Assembly: GCA_964510225.1 (NCBI GenBank)
Contig: CAZEAN010000007.1
Location: 4,047 to 68,046 of the forward strand
Direction: 5' to 3'
Length of the DNA: 64,000 nucleotides
Origin: an uncultured Isosphaeraceae bacterium
GTDB lineage: Bacteria > Planctomycetota > Planctomycetia > Isosphaerales > Isosphaeraceae
In this document: positions 1-10,693 of the stretch, piece by piece
Layout of the letters: every line of letters starts with the position of its first letter
How positions within the stretch are numbered: position 1 is the stretch's first letter
Notes under the pieces: generated by a model
The model's database searches: none
The model's input: only the letters and a program-made list of their open reading frames with translations
Told to the model about the DNA's origin: nothing
Position numbers and translations under genes: made by a program

Positions 1-15
1 GCACGAGTAACCGAG

Positions 16-885
16 ATGGGAGTTGAGCTGAATCTGATGTTGAACGAAGAGAGCGAGGCGAGCCCCCAAGGGGCTGGTGATGTTGCTCCGCCAGAGAAAT
101 CCAAGGCCCCGCTTCATCCGAGCGACCGACGCTGGGATCGTGAGAATCCCCCTCGAGAACTCGATATGGTCCCGCACCCGGATTACCGGATCCAGCCACC
201 GGACAAAATTCGGGTCGAAGTCTTCGAGGCTCTCCCTGGTCGACCAATCACCGGGGAACGAGTTGTGCGTCCTGATGGTACCATTTCCCTCGATTTTTAT
301 GGTGAACTCAGAGTTTCAGGGATGACCACCACAGAAGTGGAGGAGGCCGTCATTCTCCACCTCCGCAACTTTCTCAATGACGAGACGTTGGGGCTTGCAT
401 CAACCGATCCGGTCTCGGGAGAAATTGTCTATCGAACTCCGGCCGACTCGGATCTCGTCTTTGTCGACGTCGCAGCGTACAACAGCAAAAATTATTATGT
501 GTTCGGAGATTTTGTTCAGTCAACAGGTCGAGTTGTTCTCACCGGTCACGACACGGTACTTGATGCGATTACTTATTCGGGAGGTCTTCTGCCAACCGCA
601 GATCCAACCACTTTAAGGCTAGTCCGACCGGCGCCCAAGGGGAGCGATCGAAAGCCCCTAACGTTGAAGATCGACCTTGATGGGATCCTCAATCGCGGTG
701 AGACCACCACCAATTATCAGCTATTTGACGGTGACCGGCTCATTGTCGACCGCAAACCACCGGTTGAGTTCTTCCAAAACGGCGACGATCCCAGATCAAG
801 CTTGAAACCACCGGTTGAGTTCTTCCAAAACAGCGACGATCCCGGATCAAGCTTCGTCCCACGGTTCCAATCGGGCGGTGGTTAA
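16..885 (+). CDS. Polysaccharide export protein (Wza-like; Poly_export + SLBB), probably 5'-truncated by the window edge
   Basis: 'YRIQPPDKIRVEVFE...VVRPDGTISLDFYGELRVSGMTTTEVEEAV' fits the Poly_export signature, and an SLBB-like 'VFGDFVQSTGRVVLTGHDTVLDAI' follows. There is no signal peptide at the annotated Met. The frame stays open to nt 1, so the true start may lie upstream. Confidence 0.75.
   Translation: MGVELNLMLNEESEASPQGAGDVAPPEKSKAPLHPSDRRWDRENPPRELDMVPHPDYRIQPPDKIRVEVFEALPGRPITGERVVRPDGTISLDFYGELRVSGMTTTEVEEAVILHLRNFLNDETLGLASTDPVSGEIVYRTPADSDLVFVDVAAYNSKNYYVFGDFVQSTGRVVLTGHDTVLDAITYSGGLLPTADPTTLRLVRPAPKGSDRKPLTLKIDLDGILNRGETTTNYQLFDGDRLIVDRKPPVEFFQNGDDPRSSLKPPVEFFQNSDDPGSSFVPRFQSGGG
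754..855 (+). repeat. Tandem direct duplication, 2 x 51 bp, inside the 3' end of the export gene
   Basis: 754-804 and 805-855 differ at 3 of 51 positions. They encode KPPVEFFQNGDDPRSSL and KPPVEFFQNSDDPGSSF. Confidence 0.95.
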
Positions 886-902
886 GGAGTAATTTAACCA
901 CC
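877..902 (+). terminator. Hairpin spanning the stop codon of the export gene (weak terminator candidate)
   Basis: GGTGGTTAA (877-885) pairs perfectly with TTAACCACC (894-902) across an 8-nt loop. The downstream tract is only weakly T-rich. Confidence 0.3.
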
Positions 903-1067
903 TGAATGTTCTGCTAGGTCGTCGTCGACGCGGACTGACTCGACGGGACTTGAGACCAAGACGATGACGAAGGTGGGTTGGTTAGACCATAATCAAGCGG
1001 AGGGAGCTGCTCGACGTCAACCGGCAGTTCCTCCGACGATGATCCAGCGCGACCGAGTAAATCCACC

Positions 1068-3155
1068 ATGCCCCACGATCCGACTCGTCCCGCCAACCGA
1101 CTCGGCAACGAAACCAGCCCCTATTTGCTTCAGCACGCGTTCAATCCGGTTGACTGGTTCCCTTGGTCTTCGGAAGCGTTTGAAAAAGCGGAGACTGATG
1201 ATAAGCCGATCTTCCTCTCGGTGGGTTATTCGGCATGTCACTGGTGCCATGTGATGGAGCGGGAGAGCTTCGAAAATGAGTCGATTGCGGCGTACCTCAA
1301 TGAGTACTTCATCTCCATCAAGGTTGATCGCGAAGAACGCCCTGATGTCGATCAAATCTATATGAACGCCGTCCAGGCAATGACGGGTCACGGTGGTTGG
1401 CCGATGTCCGTCTTTATGACTCCCGACGGAAAGCCATTCTTCGGCGGGACCTACTACCCTCCTCGAGACGCCCGAGGAATGCCCGGCTTCGACCGGGTTC
1501 TCTCAAGCGTCCTGAATGCCTGGAAAGAGCGTCGGGAAGCGATCGAGACCTCAGCCGTCGAACTCACCCGTCATCTTGCAGCGTCTGCTGAGGTCCAGGC
1601 CACGGAAGGATCCCTTGAGTTCGCCCTTATCGACAACGCCGTCAAGGAATTGACCCGCGCGTTCGATCCGATCCACGGTGGTTTCGGCTCGGCCCCGAAG
1701 TTTCCACACCCAATGGATCTCCGGTTGCTCCTGAGGCAGCATCATAGGACGGGCGATGTTCACGCCCTCCATATCGTCACTAAAACGCTCGATCAGATGT
1801 CCTTAGGTGGTATTTATGATCATCTCGGTGGCGGATTTGCGCGCTATTCGACTGATGCCGAATGGCTTGTCCCTCACTTCGAGAAGATGCTCTACGATAA
1901 TGCCTTGTTGGGCTCGACCCTAATCGAGACCTACCAGGTCACAGGAGAAGATCGCTTTGCCCGAGTTGCCCGAGAGACCTTCGACTACGTCCTCGATCGG
2001 ATGACGGCCCCCGAGGGAGCATTCTACGCGACCGAAGATGCTGACAGCGAAGGGGTCGAGGGAAAGTACTACGTCTGGACTCTTCCGGAAGTGATGGAGG
2101 TCCTCGGGGAGGGTCGAGGCTCGACGTTCGCGCGGGTCTTTGATGTAACTCCTGGAGGCAATTGGGAGGGAAACTCGATCTTGAACCTCCCGAAGCCGAT
2201 CGAGTCAGTTGCGGCGGAGCTTGATCGTGAGCCCGCTGAATTACGGGCAGCGCTTGACGAAGATCGAGCGAAGCTTCTCCGAGTCCGCGAACAACGCGTA
2301 CCGCCCGGCAAGGACACGAAAGTTTTGACCTCTTGGAACGGCCTAATGATTGCCGCCCTCGCTGATGGAGGTCGGGCTCTTGGCGAGCCTCGCTACATCG
2401 ACGCGGCCGCCGGTGCGGCCGCGTTCCTTTTGGACAACCTCCGGACTGCCAACGGTCGCCTCCTCCACAGCTACAAAGACGGTCAGGCCCGGTTCAATGC
2501 TTATCTTGACGACTATGCAAACTTGATCGACGGTCTCACAAGACTCTTTGAAGCTACGGGAACCTATCGATGGATCGCCAGTGCACTCGAACTCACAGAG
2601 ATCATGGTCAAGCACTTCCAGGACGAGGCGAAAGGCGGTTTTTACTACACGAGCGATGACCACGAAACCTTGATCGCAAGGACCAAAGACGCTGACGACA
2701 ATGCGACCCCTTCTGGAAATGCGATGGCAGCAACCGCCCTCGCTCGGCTTGGTGCCCTCACTGGACGCGCGGAACTTGAAGAAACGGCTCGGCGGGCCCT
2801 TCAATCAATTCTCCTGATCATCCAGAAAGCGCCGAGAGCGGCCGGACAGTCTCTCATCGCCCTTGACTTCTTGCTGGGATCCGTTCAGGAGATCGCCGTG
2901 ATCGCTGGAGATGATCGCAGTGAGTTCGTAGCCGCGTTCCGACTGCTCGGAGAACAGTTTCGACCGAATGTCGTCGTTGCCCGCTCAACCGACGATGATG
3001 AACAGCGCGCGGAATTAACGCAAGTTGTGCCGTTGCTCGCTGGTCGGACCGCACGTCAGGGCCGAGTCAGCATATACATTTGTGAAAACTTTAGTTGTCA
3101 GGCACCATTGATTGGGATCGATGAGCTGGAGTCGGAGATCCTTCGCCAAGGATAA
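1068..3155 (+). CDS. Thioredoxin-domain protein (DUF255 / YyaL-SPATA20-like, N-terminal thioredoxin fold plus six-hairpin glycosidase-like domain)
   Basis: '[29 protein letters not shown]' and '[18 protein letters not shown]' are the typical DUF255 N-terminus. The 695-aa length fits the family. Confidence 0.85.
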   Translation: MPHDPTRPANRLGNETSPYLLQHAFNPVDWFPWSSEAFEKAETDDKPIFLSVGYSACHWCHVMERESFENESIAAYLNEYFISIKVDREERPDVDQIYMNAVQAMTGHGGWPMSVFMTPDGKPFFGGTYYPPRDARGMPGFDRVLSSVLNAWKERREAIETSAVELTRHLAASAEVQATEGSLEFALIDNAVKELTRAFDPIHGGFGSAPKFPHPMDLRLLLRQHHRTGDVHALHIVTKTLDQMSLGGIYDHLGGGFARYSTDAEWLVPHFEKMLYDNALLGSTLIETYQVTGEDRFARVARETFDYVLDRMTAPEGAFYATEDADSEGVEGKYYVWTLPEVMEVLGEGRGSTFARVFDVTPGGNWEGNSILNLPKPIESVAAELDREPAELRAALDEDRAKLLRVREQRVPPGKDTKVLTSWNGLMIAALADGGRALGEPRYIDAAAGAAAFLLDNLRTANGRLLHSYKDGQARFNAYLDDYANLIDGLTRLFEATGTYRWIASALELTEIMVKHFQDEAKGGFYYTSDDHETLIARTKDADDNATPSGNAMAATALARLGALTGRAELEETARRALQSILLIIQKAPRAAGQSLIALDFLLGSVQEIAVIAGDDRSEFVAAFRLLGEQFRPNVVVARSTDDDEQRAELTQVVPLLAGRTARQGRVSIYICENFSCQAPLIGIDELESEILRQG

Positions 3156-3392
3156 TTCAACTCTGTTGCGTCGAACTTATGGAATCAAATAGCTTCCGAA
3201 CGGGCCCCTGACTATAATTAGCATCGTGGAGCTGGGGTTTGCTGAAATTCCAGCGATCAGACCAAATCACTGATCCCATCGACACGGTGGCAGTCGTGCT
3301 TGATTCCCGTCGAATGTCGAACGCCATCCACAAATCCCCGCCCAATCATTCTTTCCTTTGATCTTATTTCCGAACTCAATAAGGGGCCTCGA

Positions 3393-4253
3393 ATGCTCCG
3401 CCGATCGATTGCAAAAAAAGCTGTCGTTGCCGTGACGGGTCTGCTTCTCTTCGGCTTCGTGATTTTCCACATGATCGGAAATCTCCAGATCTTTCTGGGG
3501 CGAGAGTCACTGAATCACTACGCTGAACTGCTCCATGCGGTCCCGGAACTATTGTGGGTCGCACGATTCGTGCTTTTGGCTGCTGTCGGACTTCACATCC
3601 TTTTCACGATCTTGGTTTGGACTGAGAATCGCCAATCTCGCCCACAACGTTACGTGAAAGAGCGCACCACACGCGCTAGCCGAGCATCCAGGACGATGAT
3701 CCTTTCTGGTCTCACGGTCTCTGCGTTTATCGTCTACCACTTGCTTCACTTTACGGTACAGGCAACCCATCCTGAGTATCAGAAGCTCCACGAACTCGAT
3801 GGGCAACCCATTATCCTAGTCGGATACGAATCAGAGGGCTCGGCTGAGATGATGGCAACGACCGAGGGTCCTGAAGCCGAGGACAGCGATTCGTCGCCCT
3901 CGGAATCAGCGACTCCGCGTTATGTCCAGGTTGCTACGGAAGTTCAGCGTGAGCAATTAACCGAGACTGACGAGCTGAAGCTCCGTCGTGATGTTTATGG
4001 GATGGTTGTCGCCAGTTTTCGATCTTGGCCGATCGTCGTTGTCTACGTGATCGCCCAGATCCTGTTAGGATTCCACCTCAGCCACGGCGCGAGTTCGATG
4101 TTTCAGACACTCGGACTGACCAGTCCTTTGCATCGCCCCTGGATGATGAAGGTCGGACCCGTCTTCGCCGCGATCATCGTTTGTGGCAACCTTGCCATCC
4201 CGACTGCTGTCTTGGTCGACTACCTCGCGGGTATTGGCTACTTTTCAGTCTAA
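3393..4253 (+). CDS. sdhC: Succinate dehydrogenase / fumarate reductase cytochrome b subunit (b558-type, single membrane anchor)
   Basis: It lies directly upstream of sdhA/sdhB and has multiple TM helices with conserved His ('FGFVIFHMIGN', 'AAVGLHILF', 'VYHLLHF', 'LGFHLSHG'). The start was moved to the ATG at 3393 (MLRRSIAKK...); the track ORF begins at 3300. Confidence 0.8.
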   Translation: MLRRSIAKKAVVAVTGLLLFGFVIFHMIGNLQIFLGRESLNHYAELLHAVPELLWVARFVLLAAVGLHILFTILVWTENRQSRPQRYVKERTTRASRASRTMILSGLTVSAFIVYHLLHFTVQATHPEYQKLHELDGQPIILVGYESEGSAEMMATTEGPEAEDSDSSPSESATPRYVQVATEVQREQLTETDELKLRRDVYGMVVASFRSWPIVVVYVIAQILLGFHLSHGASSMFQTLGLTSPLHRPWMMKVGPVFAAIIVCGNLAIPTAVLVDYLAGIGYFSV

Positions 4254-4369
4254 CGTTTCAAAATCTCGATGCCGCCCGTTCATCGGATCGATCTGCGTAC
4301 GCTGTGGCAACATTTCTTTTTCGGTTCGGCTGCCACGGCACGCAATAACCTCTCAAGGTGATTTACGCG

Positions 4370-6298
4370 ATGAAGCTACTGGATGAAAAACTCGATGCCA
4401 GGATCCCCGAGGGGCCGCTCGATCAGAAGTGGACTGAATACCGTGGCACGATGAAGTTGGTCTCACCGAGCAACAAACGCAAGTATTCGGTAATTGTGGT
4501 CGGGACCGGTCTCGCAGGCGGTTCCGCGGCAGCGACGCTCGCGGAACTCGGCTACAACGTCATGGCATTCTGCTATCAGGATAGTGCACGGAGAGCACAC
4601 TCAATTGCTGCCCAAGGCGGAATCAACGCCTGTAAGAACTATCAAAATGACGGGGATTCGGTCGGCCGATTCTTCTACGACACGATTAAGGGTGGCGATT
4701 TCCGGAGCCGCGAGGCTAACGTCTACCGCTTAACCGAGCTCTCCGAAGAGATCATCGACCAAGCTGTTGCTCAGGGTGTCCCCTTCGCTCGAGAGTATGG
4801 CGGAACGCTCGATAACCGGAGTTTTGGTGGTGCTCAGGTTTCGAGAACGTTCTATGCGCGTGGACAGACAGGTCAGCAGTTGCTCTTGGGCTGCTACCAG
4901 GCAATGAGTCGACAGATTGCGGCCGGCAAAATTAAGATGTTCCCCAGGACGGAAATGCTCGACATCGTTGTCGCCAATGGTCGAGCGATCGGAATCATCA
5001 CCCGTGACATGATCTCTGGGAAGATTCAAAAGTGGTCGGCGGATGCCGTCGTTCTGGCGACCGGTGGTTACGGTAACGTCTTTTACCTCTCGACCAACGC
5101 CAAAGGCTGTAACGTAACCGCGACCTTCCGGGCCTATCGTGAAGGTGCCTACTTCGCCAACCCTTGTTTCACGCAGATCCACCCGACCTGCATTCCGCCG
5201 CACGGTGGTCAGCAGTCGAAATTAACGTTAATGAGCGAATCGCTCCGGAACGATGGTCGCGTTTGGGTTCCGCTGAACGTCGGTGATAAACGCGCCCCTG
5301 GTGATATCCCTGAGGAAGAGCGTGATTATTACCTAGAGCGGATCTATCCGGCCTTCGGGAATCTTGCTCCCAGAGACATCTCAAGTCGCGCCGCGAAGCG
5401 GGTCTGTGACGAAGGCCGAGGGGTCGGTAAGACCGGGATCGGTGTTTACCTTGACTTCCGTGACGCGATCCAACGTCTCGGTGCCGATACGATCAAGTCG
5501 CGATACGGGAACCTCTTCGATATTTATCAGCGGATTACAGATGAGAACCCGTACGAAGTTCCGATGCGGATCTACCCCGCGAGCCACTACACCATGGGTG
5601 GTCTCTGGGTGGATTACAACCTGATGAGTACGATCCCGGGCCTCTTTGTGATCGGAGAAGCAAACTTCTCTGACCACGGAGCAAACCGGCTTGGTGCCAG
5701 TGCCTTGCTCCAAGGGCTTGTCGACGGTTACTTCGTTCTTCCCTACACCCTGGGCGACTTCTTCGCGCGGTATCCGAAGCTCAAAGTCGACACCGATCAT
5801 CCTGAGTTCGACCAAACGGAAGCCCGGGTTAACGAGAGGATTCGGACCCTCCTCGCGGCTAACGGCAAGCGGACGCCGGATTCGTTCCATCGGGAACTCG
5901 GGCAGCTTGTATGGGACACCTGTGGGATGTCCCGGAATGCTGAGGGACTCCGAGCGGCGATCGAGCGGATTCCAGCGCTCCGGGAAGAGTTCTGGCAGAA
6001 CGTCAAGCTCGTCGGTAGCGGTGAAGAACTGAACAACTCGCTTGAGCAAGCTGGCCGTGTTGCCGACTTCATCGAACTCGGTGAGTTGATGTGTCGTGAT
6101 GCTCTCGATCGTGAAGAGTCGTGCGGGGCTCACTTCCGCGAAGAGTATCAGACCGAAGATGGCGAAGCTGTCCGGGATGACCAAAATTACTGCTACGTTT
6201 CCGCATGGAAGTCAAACGGTGGCTATCACGAGCCTGATCTGGTCAAGGAACCTTTGATCTTCGAGAACGTCGAACTCGCCACTCGAAGTTACAAATAG
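4370..6298 (+). CDS. sdhA: Succinate dehydrogenase / fumarate reductase flavoprotein subunit
   Basis: FAD-binding '[21 protein letters not shown]', '[13 protein letters not shown]' (His for covalent FAD) and '[16 protein letters not shown]'. The ATG at 4370 is preferred over the GTG at 4358. Confidence 0.95.
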   Translation: MKLLDEKLDARIPEGPLDQKWTEYRGTMKLVSPSNKRKYSVIVVGTGLAGGSAAATLAELGYNVMAFCYQDSARRAHSIAAQGGINACKNYQNDGDSVGRFFYDTIKGGDFRSREANVYRLTELSEEIIDQAVAQGVPFAREYGGTLDNRSFGGAQVSRTFYARGQTGQQLLLGCYQAMSRQIAAGKIKMFPRTEMLDIVVANGRAIGIITRDMISGKIQKWSADAVVLATGGYGNVFYLSTNAKGCNVTATFRAYREGAYFANPCFTQIHPTCIPPHGGQQSKLTLMSESLRNDGRVWVPLNVGDKRAPGDIPEEERDYYLERIYPAFGNLAPRDISSRAAKRVCDEGRGVGKTGIGVYLDFRDAIQRLGADTIKSRYGNLFDIYQRITDENPYEVPMRIYPASHYTMGGLWVDYNLMSTIPGLFVIGEANFSDHGANRLGASALLQGLVDGYFVLPYTLGDFFARYPKLKVDTDHPEFDQTEARVNERIRTLLAANGKRTPDSFHRELGQLVWDTCGMSRNAEGLRAAIERIPALREEFWQNVKLVGSGEELNNSLEQAGRVADFIELGELMCRDALDREESCGAHFREEYQTEDGEAVRDDQNYCYVSAWKSNGGYHEPDLVKEPLIFENVELATRSYK

Positions 6299-6364
6299 AT
6301 CATTCCAAAACTCGATGAATCCGTTCACATCGGTGTCCGCCCCAACGGTGATTCAGACTCAATC

Positions 6365-7108
6365 ATGAAACTGACATTACACATTTGGCGTCAGAAATCG
6401 ACGAAACAATCGGGGAAGATGGTGACCTACCCCGATCGTGAAGTCAGTCCGGATCAGTCCTTCCTTGAGATGCTCGATGGACTCAATGAAGACTTGATCC
6501 TCCGAGGTGAAGACCCTGTTACGTTTGACCATGATTGCCGCGAAGGGATCTGTGGTGCGTGCGGGATGGTGATTAACGGTGTTGCACACGGTCCCGAGCA
6601 GACGACGACCTGCCAGCTTCACATGAGAAGCTTCAAGGACGGTGATGAAATCTACATCGAACCGTGGCGGGCCAATGCCTTCCCAGTCGTGAAAGATCTC
6701 ATGGTCGACCGTTCCGCTTTCGATCGCGTGATCCAGGCTGGTGGCTACATTTCAATCAACACCGGCTCGGCTCCAGAAGCGAACTCGATTCCGGTTCCGA
6801 AAGATAACGCCGAGCTAGCCTTTGACGCGGCGACTTGCATTGGGTGTGGTGCTTGCGTCGCAGCCTGCAAGAATGCCTCTGCGATGCTCTTCACTTCTGC
6901 CAAAGTCGCACAGCTTTCCAGACTTCCGCAGGGTCAAGTGGAACGGAAGCGACGGGTCATGAATATGGTACAGCAGATGGATGAAGAAGGTTTCGGCAAT
7001 TGCACCAATTATCAAGAGTGCTCTGCCGTTTGTCCGAAGGAAATCAGCACTCAGAATATCGCCGTGATGAACCGCGAGTTCCTTAGAGCATCACTCACCG
7101 GCGTTTGA
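6365..7108 (+). CDS. sdhB: Succinate dehydrogenase / fumarate reductase iron-sulfur subunit
   Basis: Cys clusters '[15 protein letters not shown]', '[11 protein letters not shown]' and 'CSAVCPKEI' (2Fe-2S, 4Fe-4S, 3Fe-4S). Confidence 0.95.
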   Translation: MKLTLHIWRQKSTKQSGKMVTYPDREVSPDQSFLEMLDGLNEDLILRGEDPVTFDHDCREGICGACGMVINGVAHGPEQTTTCQLHMRSFKDGDEIYIEPWRANAFPVVKDLMVDRSAFDRVIQAGGYISINTGSAPEANSIPVPKDNAELAFDAATCIGCGACVAACKNASAMLFTSAKVAQLSRLPQGQVERKRRVMNMVQQMDEEGFGNCTNYQECSAVCPKEISTQNIAVMNREFLRASLTGV

Positions 7109-7176
7109 TCATCAGTTGAGTCAGATTGGGCCGGGCTCGTCTCAACCCGTTGCTCATTTCAGAATTACCAATTGCG

Positions 7177-7220
7177 ATGGTCGTGAAGGCTTGCCTTAAG
7201 CTTCACGACCATTTTCTTGT
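7177..7220 (+). terminator. Rho-independent terminator after sdhB
   Basis: ATGGTCGTGAAG(G)CTT pairs with AAGCTTCACGACCAT (12 bp, a 1-nt bulge, then 3 bp; 5-nt loop) and is followed by TTTCTTGT. Confidence 0.6.
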
Positions 7221-7344
7221 GGGTAACATTATTGGATCTGGCAGTGTTTCGCGGTAGCTTCTTAAGTTCCAATCTGTTCTTGTCACTATCGAAGCCCAAT
7301 ACAGCCTTGAGACATGCAGACTCACCACAGACAATACCACGCCG

Positions 7345-8118
7345 ATGGTTGAACGACTCGAAGCACAGGCTGAACTTGTCCGAATTAACGGAATCTCAAT
7401 TACGAACGTCACCATGGACGACGCGATTGAGACGATCTTTGATGCGGTTGAGCGGGGCGAACGTCGGTTCATTTGTTTCCTCAATGCCCATTGTGTGAAT
7501 GTCGGAGCTTCAGATTCCGAATACAAGGCGATCATGAACCGAGACGATGTGATCGTTTTTGGTGATGGAGCGGGTGTCCGACTTGCCGGCAAGCTGAGCG
7601 GTCAACCGATCCGTGAAAATGTGAATGGAACCGATATGTTTCCGCTCCTTTGCGAGCGTGCGGGAGAGCGTGGGAAGTCGCTTTACCTTCTGGGTGCACG
7701 CCCCGAAATCCCGGAGGAAGCAGGGCGTCGGATGGTCGAACGTGTGCCGAGCCTAAAGATTGCGGGTACCAGACACGGCTACTTCAACGCGAGCGAGACC
7801 GACGAGGTCATTGAACAGATCAACGAGGCTAAGGCTGATCTGCTCCTCGTGGCACTCGGTGTCCCAAGGCAGGAAAAGTGGATTGCTGCACACCGCGATC
7901 GGCTCAATCCGACAGTGGTCATGGGGGTCGGCGGTCTCTTTGACTACTATTCGGGGAGGATCCCTCGGGCCCCTCGGATCCTCCGCGTCACTTCGCTCGA
8001 ATGGGTCTGGCGACTGGCGATGGAGCCAGGCCGGATGTGGAAACGCTATCTTGTTGGGAACGTCGTCTTTGTTTGCCGAGTATTCTGGTGGACACTCCGC
8101 GGAACGATTAAGAAGTAA
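7345..8118 (+). CDS. WecB/TagA/CpsF-family glycosyltransferase
   Basis: 'FLNAHCVNV...', 'VFGDGAGVRLAGKL', 'GTDMFPLL', 'LLLVALGVPRQEKWI', 'VMGVGGLFDYYSG...RAP' match the GT26 family pattern. Confidence 0.85.
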   Translation: MVERLEAQAELVRINGISITNVTMDDAIETIFDAVERGERRFICFLNAHCVNVGASDSEYKAIMNRDDVIVFGDGAGVRLAGKLSGQPIRENVNGTDMFPLLCERAGERGKSLYLLGARPEIPEEAGRRMVERVPSLKIAGTRHGYFNASETDEVIEQINEAKADLLLVALGVPRQEKWIAAHRDRLNPTVVMGVGGLFDYYSGRIPRAPRILRVTSLEWVWRLAMEPGRMWKRYLVGNVVFVCRVFWWTLRGTIKK

Positions 8119-8283
8119 CGTTGGCCAGCCAATAATCGAGGGCCGGGGCTGGTTGCTTCGTTAGTTTTGATTGATTTACTAAGTTTCGTGAGCCTGATGA
8201 CGGTCAGCCAGCACTACTGAAGCGAAGCTGCATTATACCGCGTTAAATGGATCGATCTCCAAGACGGCAGGTGTGTTGACGCG

Positions 8284-8892
8284 ATGATGAATGCAGCGAC
8301 AGAAGGTCGGGAAATTGAAAACCCTGTCGCTGACCGCACAATGAGTCTTGATCCTTCAGAATGGCTCGATGCATTTGGCGATCGGCTTTTTCGCTATGCG
8401 TTGGCACGCGTCTCTTGTCGAGCCGAGGCCGAAGACCTTGTTCAAGAGACGTTCCTCGCCGCGATCAGTGCCCGTGATCGCTACCGAGGCGAGGCAGCGG
8501 TTGAGACCTGGTTGATCTCGATCTTGAGGCGGAAGATCGTCGACCACTATCGGGCCTCGCGATCAGACTCCTCAGAAGACCAGAAGCCAACGTTCGCCGT
8601 CGAATCTCCGTTCGACGAGCACGGCTTTTGGAAGGTCCAACCGAGCCACTGGAAGTCACCTCCGGACGAACTCACACTCCAAGAATTTCTCCGGAGTCTC
8701 GACGCTTGCCTGACGCAGTTGCCAACCGCGTTGGCCGAGGTTTTCGAACGCCGAGAGATCGGTGGCGAAGATCCAGCGGCGATCTCTCGGTCACTCGGGA
8801 TTTCGAAAGGGAATCTCCGTGTCCGCTTGCATCGAGCCCGTCTCCTACTCCGTGCCTGCATCGAACGTAAGACGATGAGCACAAAGCCATAG
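8284..8892 (+). CDS. ECF (group 4) RNA polymerase sigma-70 factor
   Basis: Region 2 'AEDLVQETFLAAISARDRYRGEAAVETWLISILRRKIVDHYR' and region 4 'ISRSLGISKGNLRVRLHRARLLLR'. Confidence 0.9.
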   Translation: MMNAATEGREIENPVADRTMSLDPSEWLDAFGDRLFRYALARVSCRAEAEDLVQETFLAAISARDRYRGEAAVETWLISILRRKIVDHYRASRSDSSEDQKPTFAVESPFDEHGFWKVQPSHWKSPPDELTLQEFLRSLDACLTQLPTALAEVFERREIGGEDPAAISRSLGISKGNLRVRLHRARLLLRACIERKTMSTKP

Positions 8893-8924
8893 GCAAGTTA
8901 CCGTTGCCGTGCTAAATTCAATAC

Positions 8925-9284
8925 ATGACCTGGTTCAAATCGCTCTGGAAAATATTGACGCTTCGGTGTAGTGCTGCGTCCGCGTTGGCCTCGGATGAAC
9001 TCGATGAGCCACTCGGTTGGGTCGACACGCTTGCGTTGCGTGGGCATTTGTTGGTCTGTCGGCCGTGTCGCGCTGCGCAGCTTCAATTCAAGCGGATCAA
9101 GACGAGCCTTCAAGAAGCCCGGTCTCCATCGAGTTCCCCGATCGGTTCTATGGAAGCGGAGCGGCTTTCCGAGGAATCGAAGGCCAGGATCCGTAGCTTG
9201 ATCGCAGCGTCGACCCGAAAGGAATCCTCCGATCCGAGCCCCCGACCTGAATCCAACGGCCAACACAAGACCAGTGGCCGCTAA
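8925..9284 (+). CDS. Soluble zinc-binding anti-sigma factor (ZAS, zf-HC2)
   Basis: It lies 32 nt downstream of the ECF sigma gene. It has an H-x3-C-x2-C motif ('GHLLVCRPC': H41, C45, C48) plus C15, and no TM helix. Confidence 0.7.
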   Translation: MTWFKSLWKILTLRCSAASALASDELDEPLGWVDTLALRGHLLVCRPCRAAQLQFKRIKTSLQEARSPSSSPIGSMEAERLSEESKARIRSLIAASTRKESSDPSPRPESNGQHKTSGR

Positions 9285-9291
9285 GTGATCG

Positions 9292-10557
9292 TCAGACCAA
9301 CCTCGGGAGAACCGGCCCTCGGGGTTGATCACGGGTCAAGCAGTGGATGGTCCCGAGCCCCCAGACGAGGTCAACGGCATGAACGCCGATGACCTCACGA
9401 TCCGGGAAGAGTTCCCCGAGAATCGAGAGCGCCTCGCGGTCGGCAGGATCGTTAAAGGTGGGGACCAGGACGACCCTATTCGCGATATAGAAATTGGCGT
9501 AGCTCGCGGGAAGCCGCGTGCCGTCGAAGACAACCGGTCGCGGCATCGGAAGTTCGACAATGTGGAGCGGGTCTCCGTCAAGATCGACGGCGTTGCGGAG
9601 TCGGTGGAGGTTCTCGATCAAGACTCGGTGATTCGGGTCGTTCGAATCGCGCTCAACAACCGTCAGAATTGTCGAGGGTCCCACAAAGCGTGCGACATCA
9701 TCAATATGTCCATGAGTGTCATCGCCGACGATTCCACCTTCGAGCCAGATCACCTGCGTGATTCCGAGGAACTCGGCGAAAAGAGCTTCATAGCCTACGC
9801 GATCGAGCCCCGGATTTCGTTCTTGGACGTCGGAGAGGAGGCATTCTTCGGTTGTTAAGAGGAGGCCACGACCGTTGACATCGATGGCGCCACCTTCGAG
9901 GACGACCCGAGTTTGCGTCCCGTTGACCTCAGCCCGAGGGCGGATCCGCTTGAAATCGAGGCGTTTCGCAATGAATCGGGGAATCCGCTGATCTCGCTTC
10001 CAGTTGTCGTACTTGGCCCAGGCGTTGAACTTCCAGTCGACGACCCGGACGCTCGGCGTTTGTTCCGCCGTGGCTGGAGCGGAGGGATCGGGGAGCAGGA
10101 ACATCGGCCCGGAGTCGCGAAGCCAGGCGCGGTCGGTCGGGCACGGAAAGAAGCTGACTTGATCAAGATCGACCCCCGCCCGCTCAAGCAACGCAGTGGC
10201 TTGATCGCGCGTTTTCGGCGAGCCTACAAGGATCCGGACCGGCTCAGAGCGGCTTAAAAGTCGGACCATCTCCACAAAGACCCAAGGAATAGGGCCGAAC
10301 TTCCCAGGCCAGTCGTCTTGGTTGCGAGGCCAGGCGATCCAGGTCGCTTCATGCGGCTCCCATTCGGCCGGGAGTCGGTAACGATGGGGAGCCGGCTCGG
10401 GCTCTGGCGGAAGCCCAGGTTCAGGGGAGGGTCCGGCAACACGTTCAGATTCCGGTTCTGGTTCAGATTCCTGTCCCGGTTCCGGTTTCAGAGTGGGTTT
10501 GGTGCGTTCGTCCTCCGTCGTCGGAGCGTCTCTTTCGAATTCATCCTCGGGGGACAT
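9292..10557 (-). CDS. aguA: Agmatine deiminase with a Pro/Glu-rich N-terminal extension
   Basis: 'YRLPAEWEPHEATWIAWP', 'EGGAIDVNGRGLLLTTEECLL..RNP', 'DDTHGHIDDVARF' and C-terminal 'GTIHCLT' (catalytic Cys) are classic for the agmatine deiminase/PAD family. Confidence 0.9.
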   Translation of the reverse strand: MSPEDEFERDAPTTEDERTKPTLKPEPGQESEPEPESERVAGPSPEPGLPPEPEPAPHRYRLPAEWEPHEATWIAWPRNQDDWPGKFGPIPWVFVEMVRLLSRSEPVRILVGSPKTRDQATALLERAGVDLDQVSFFPCPTDRAWLRDSGPMFLLPDPSAPATAEQTPSVRVVDWKFNAWAKYDNWKRDQRIPRFIAKRLDFKRIRPRAEVNGTQTRVVLEGGAIDVNGRGLLLTTEECLLSDVQERNPGLDRVGYEALFAEFLGITQVIWLEGGIVGDDTHGHIDDVARFVGPSTILTVVERDSNDPNHRVLIENLHRLRNAVDLDGDPLHIVELPMPRPVVFDGTRLPASYANFYIANRVVLVPTFNDPADREALSILGELFPDREVIGVHAVDLVWGLGTIHCLTRDQPRGPVLPRLV

Positions 10558-10693
10558 CGTCGCACCTCGCCTCTACCTACCGGGGTCAACCTGCTGCAAA
10601 CGACACTATTAGGACAAGGTCCTCTTGTTCAATCAAGCAACTGGGCTATGCTGTCAGGCAATTTGAGGATTCGCTACCAAGGGAGGACGCTCC

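Noticed and set aside
3190-3218. TATAAT hexamer (3213-3218) upstream of sdhC as a sigma-70 -10 box.
   Set aside because: The hexamer 17 bp upstream (TAGCTT) is a poor -35 element. Planctomycete promoter consensus is not established, so the evidence is too weak to annotate.
5381-6184. 267-aa minus-strand ORF inside sdhA. The same applies to similar long ORFs at 4730-5203, 38709-39416, 49059-49640, 55224-55949 and 41397-41960.
   Set aside because: All lie antisense or out of frame within strongly supported genes. Their translations are Arg/Ser/Pro-rich and lack domains.
8125-8152. CCAGCC...GGCTGG hairpin after the WecB/TagA-like gene as a possible terminator.
   Set aside because: The stem is only 6 bp and the loop is 16 nt, which is not convincing despite T-rich downstream sequence.
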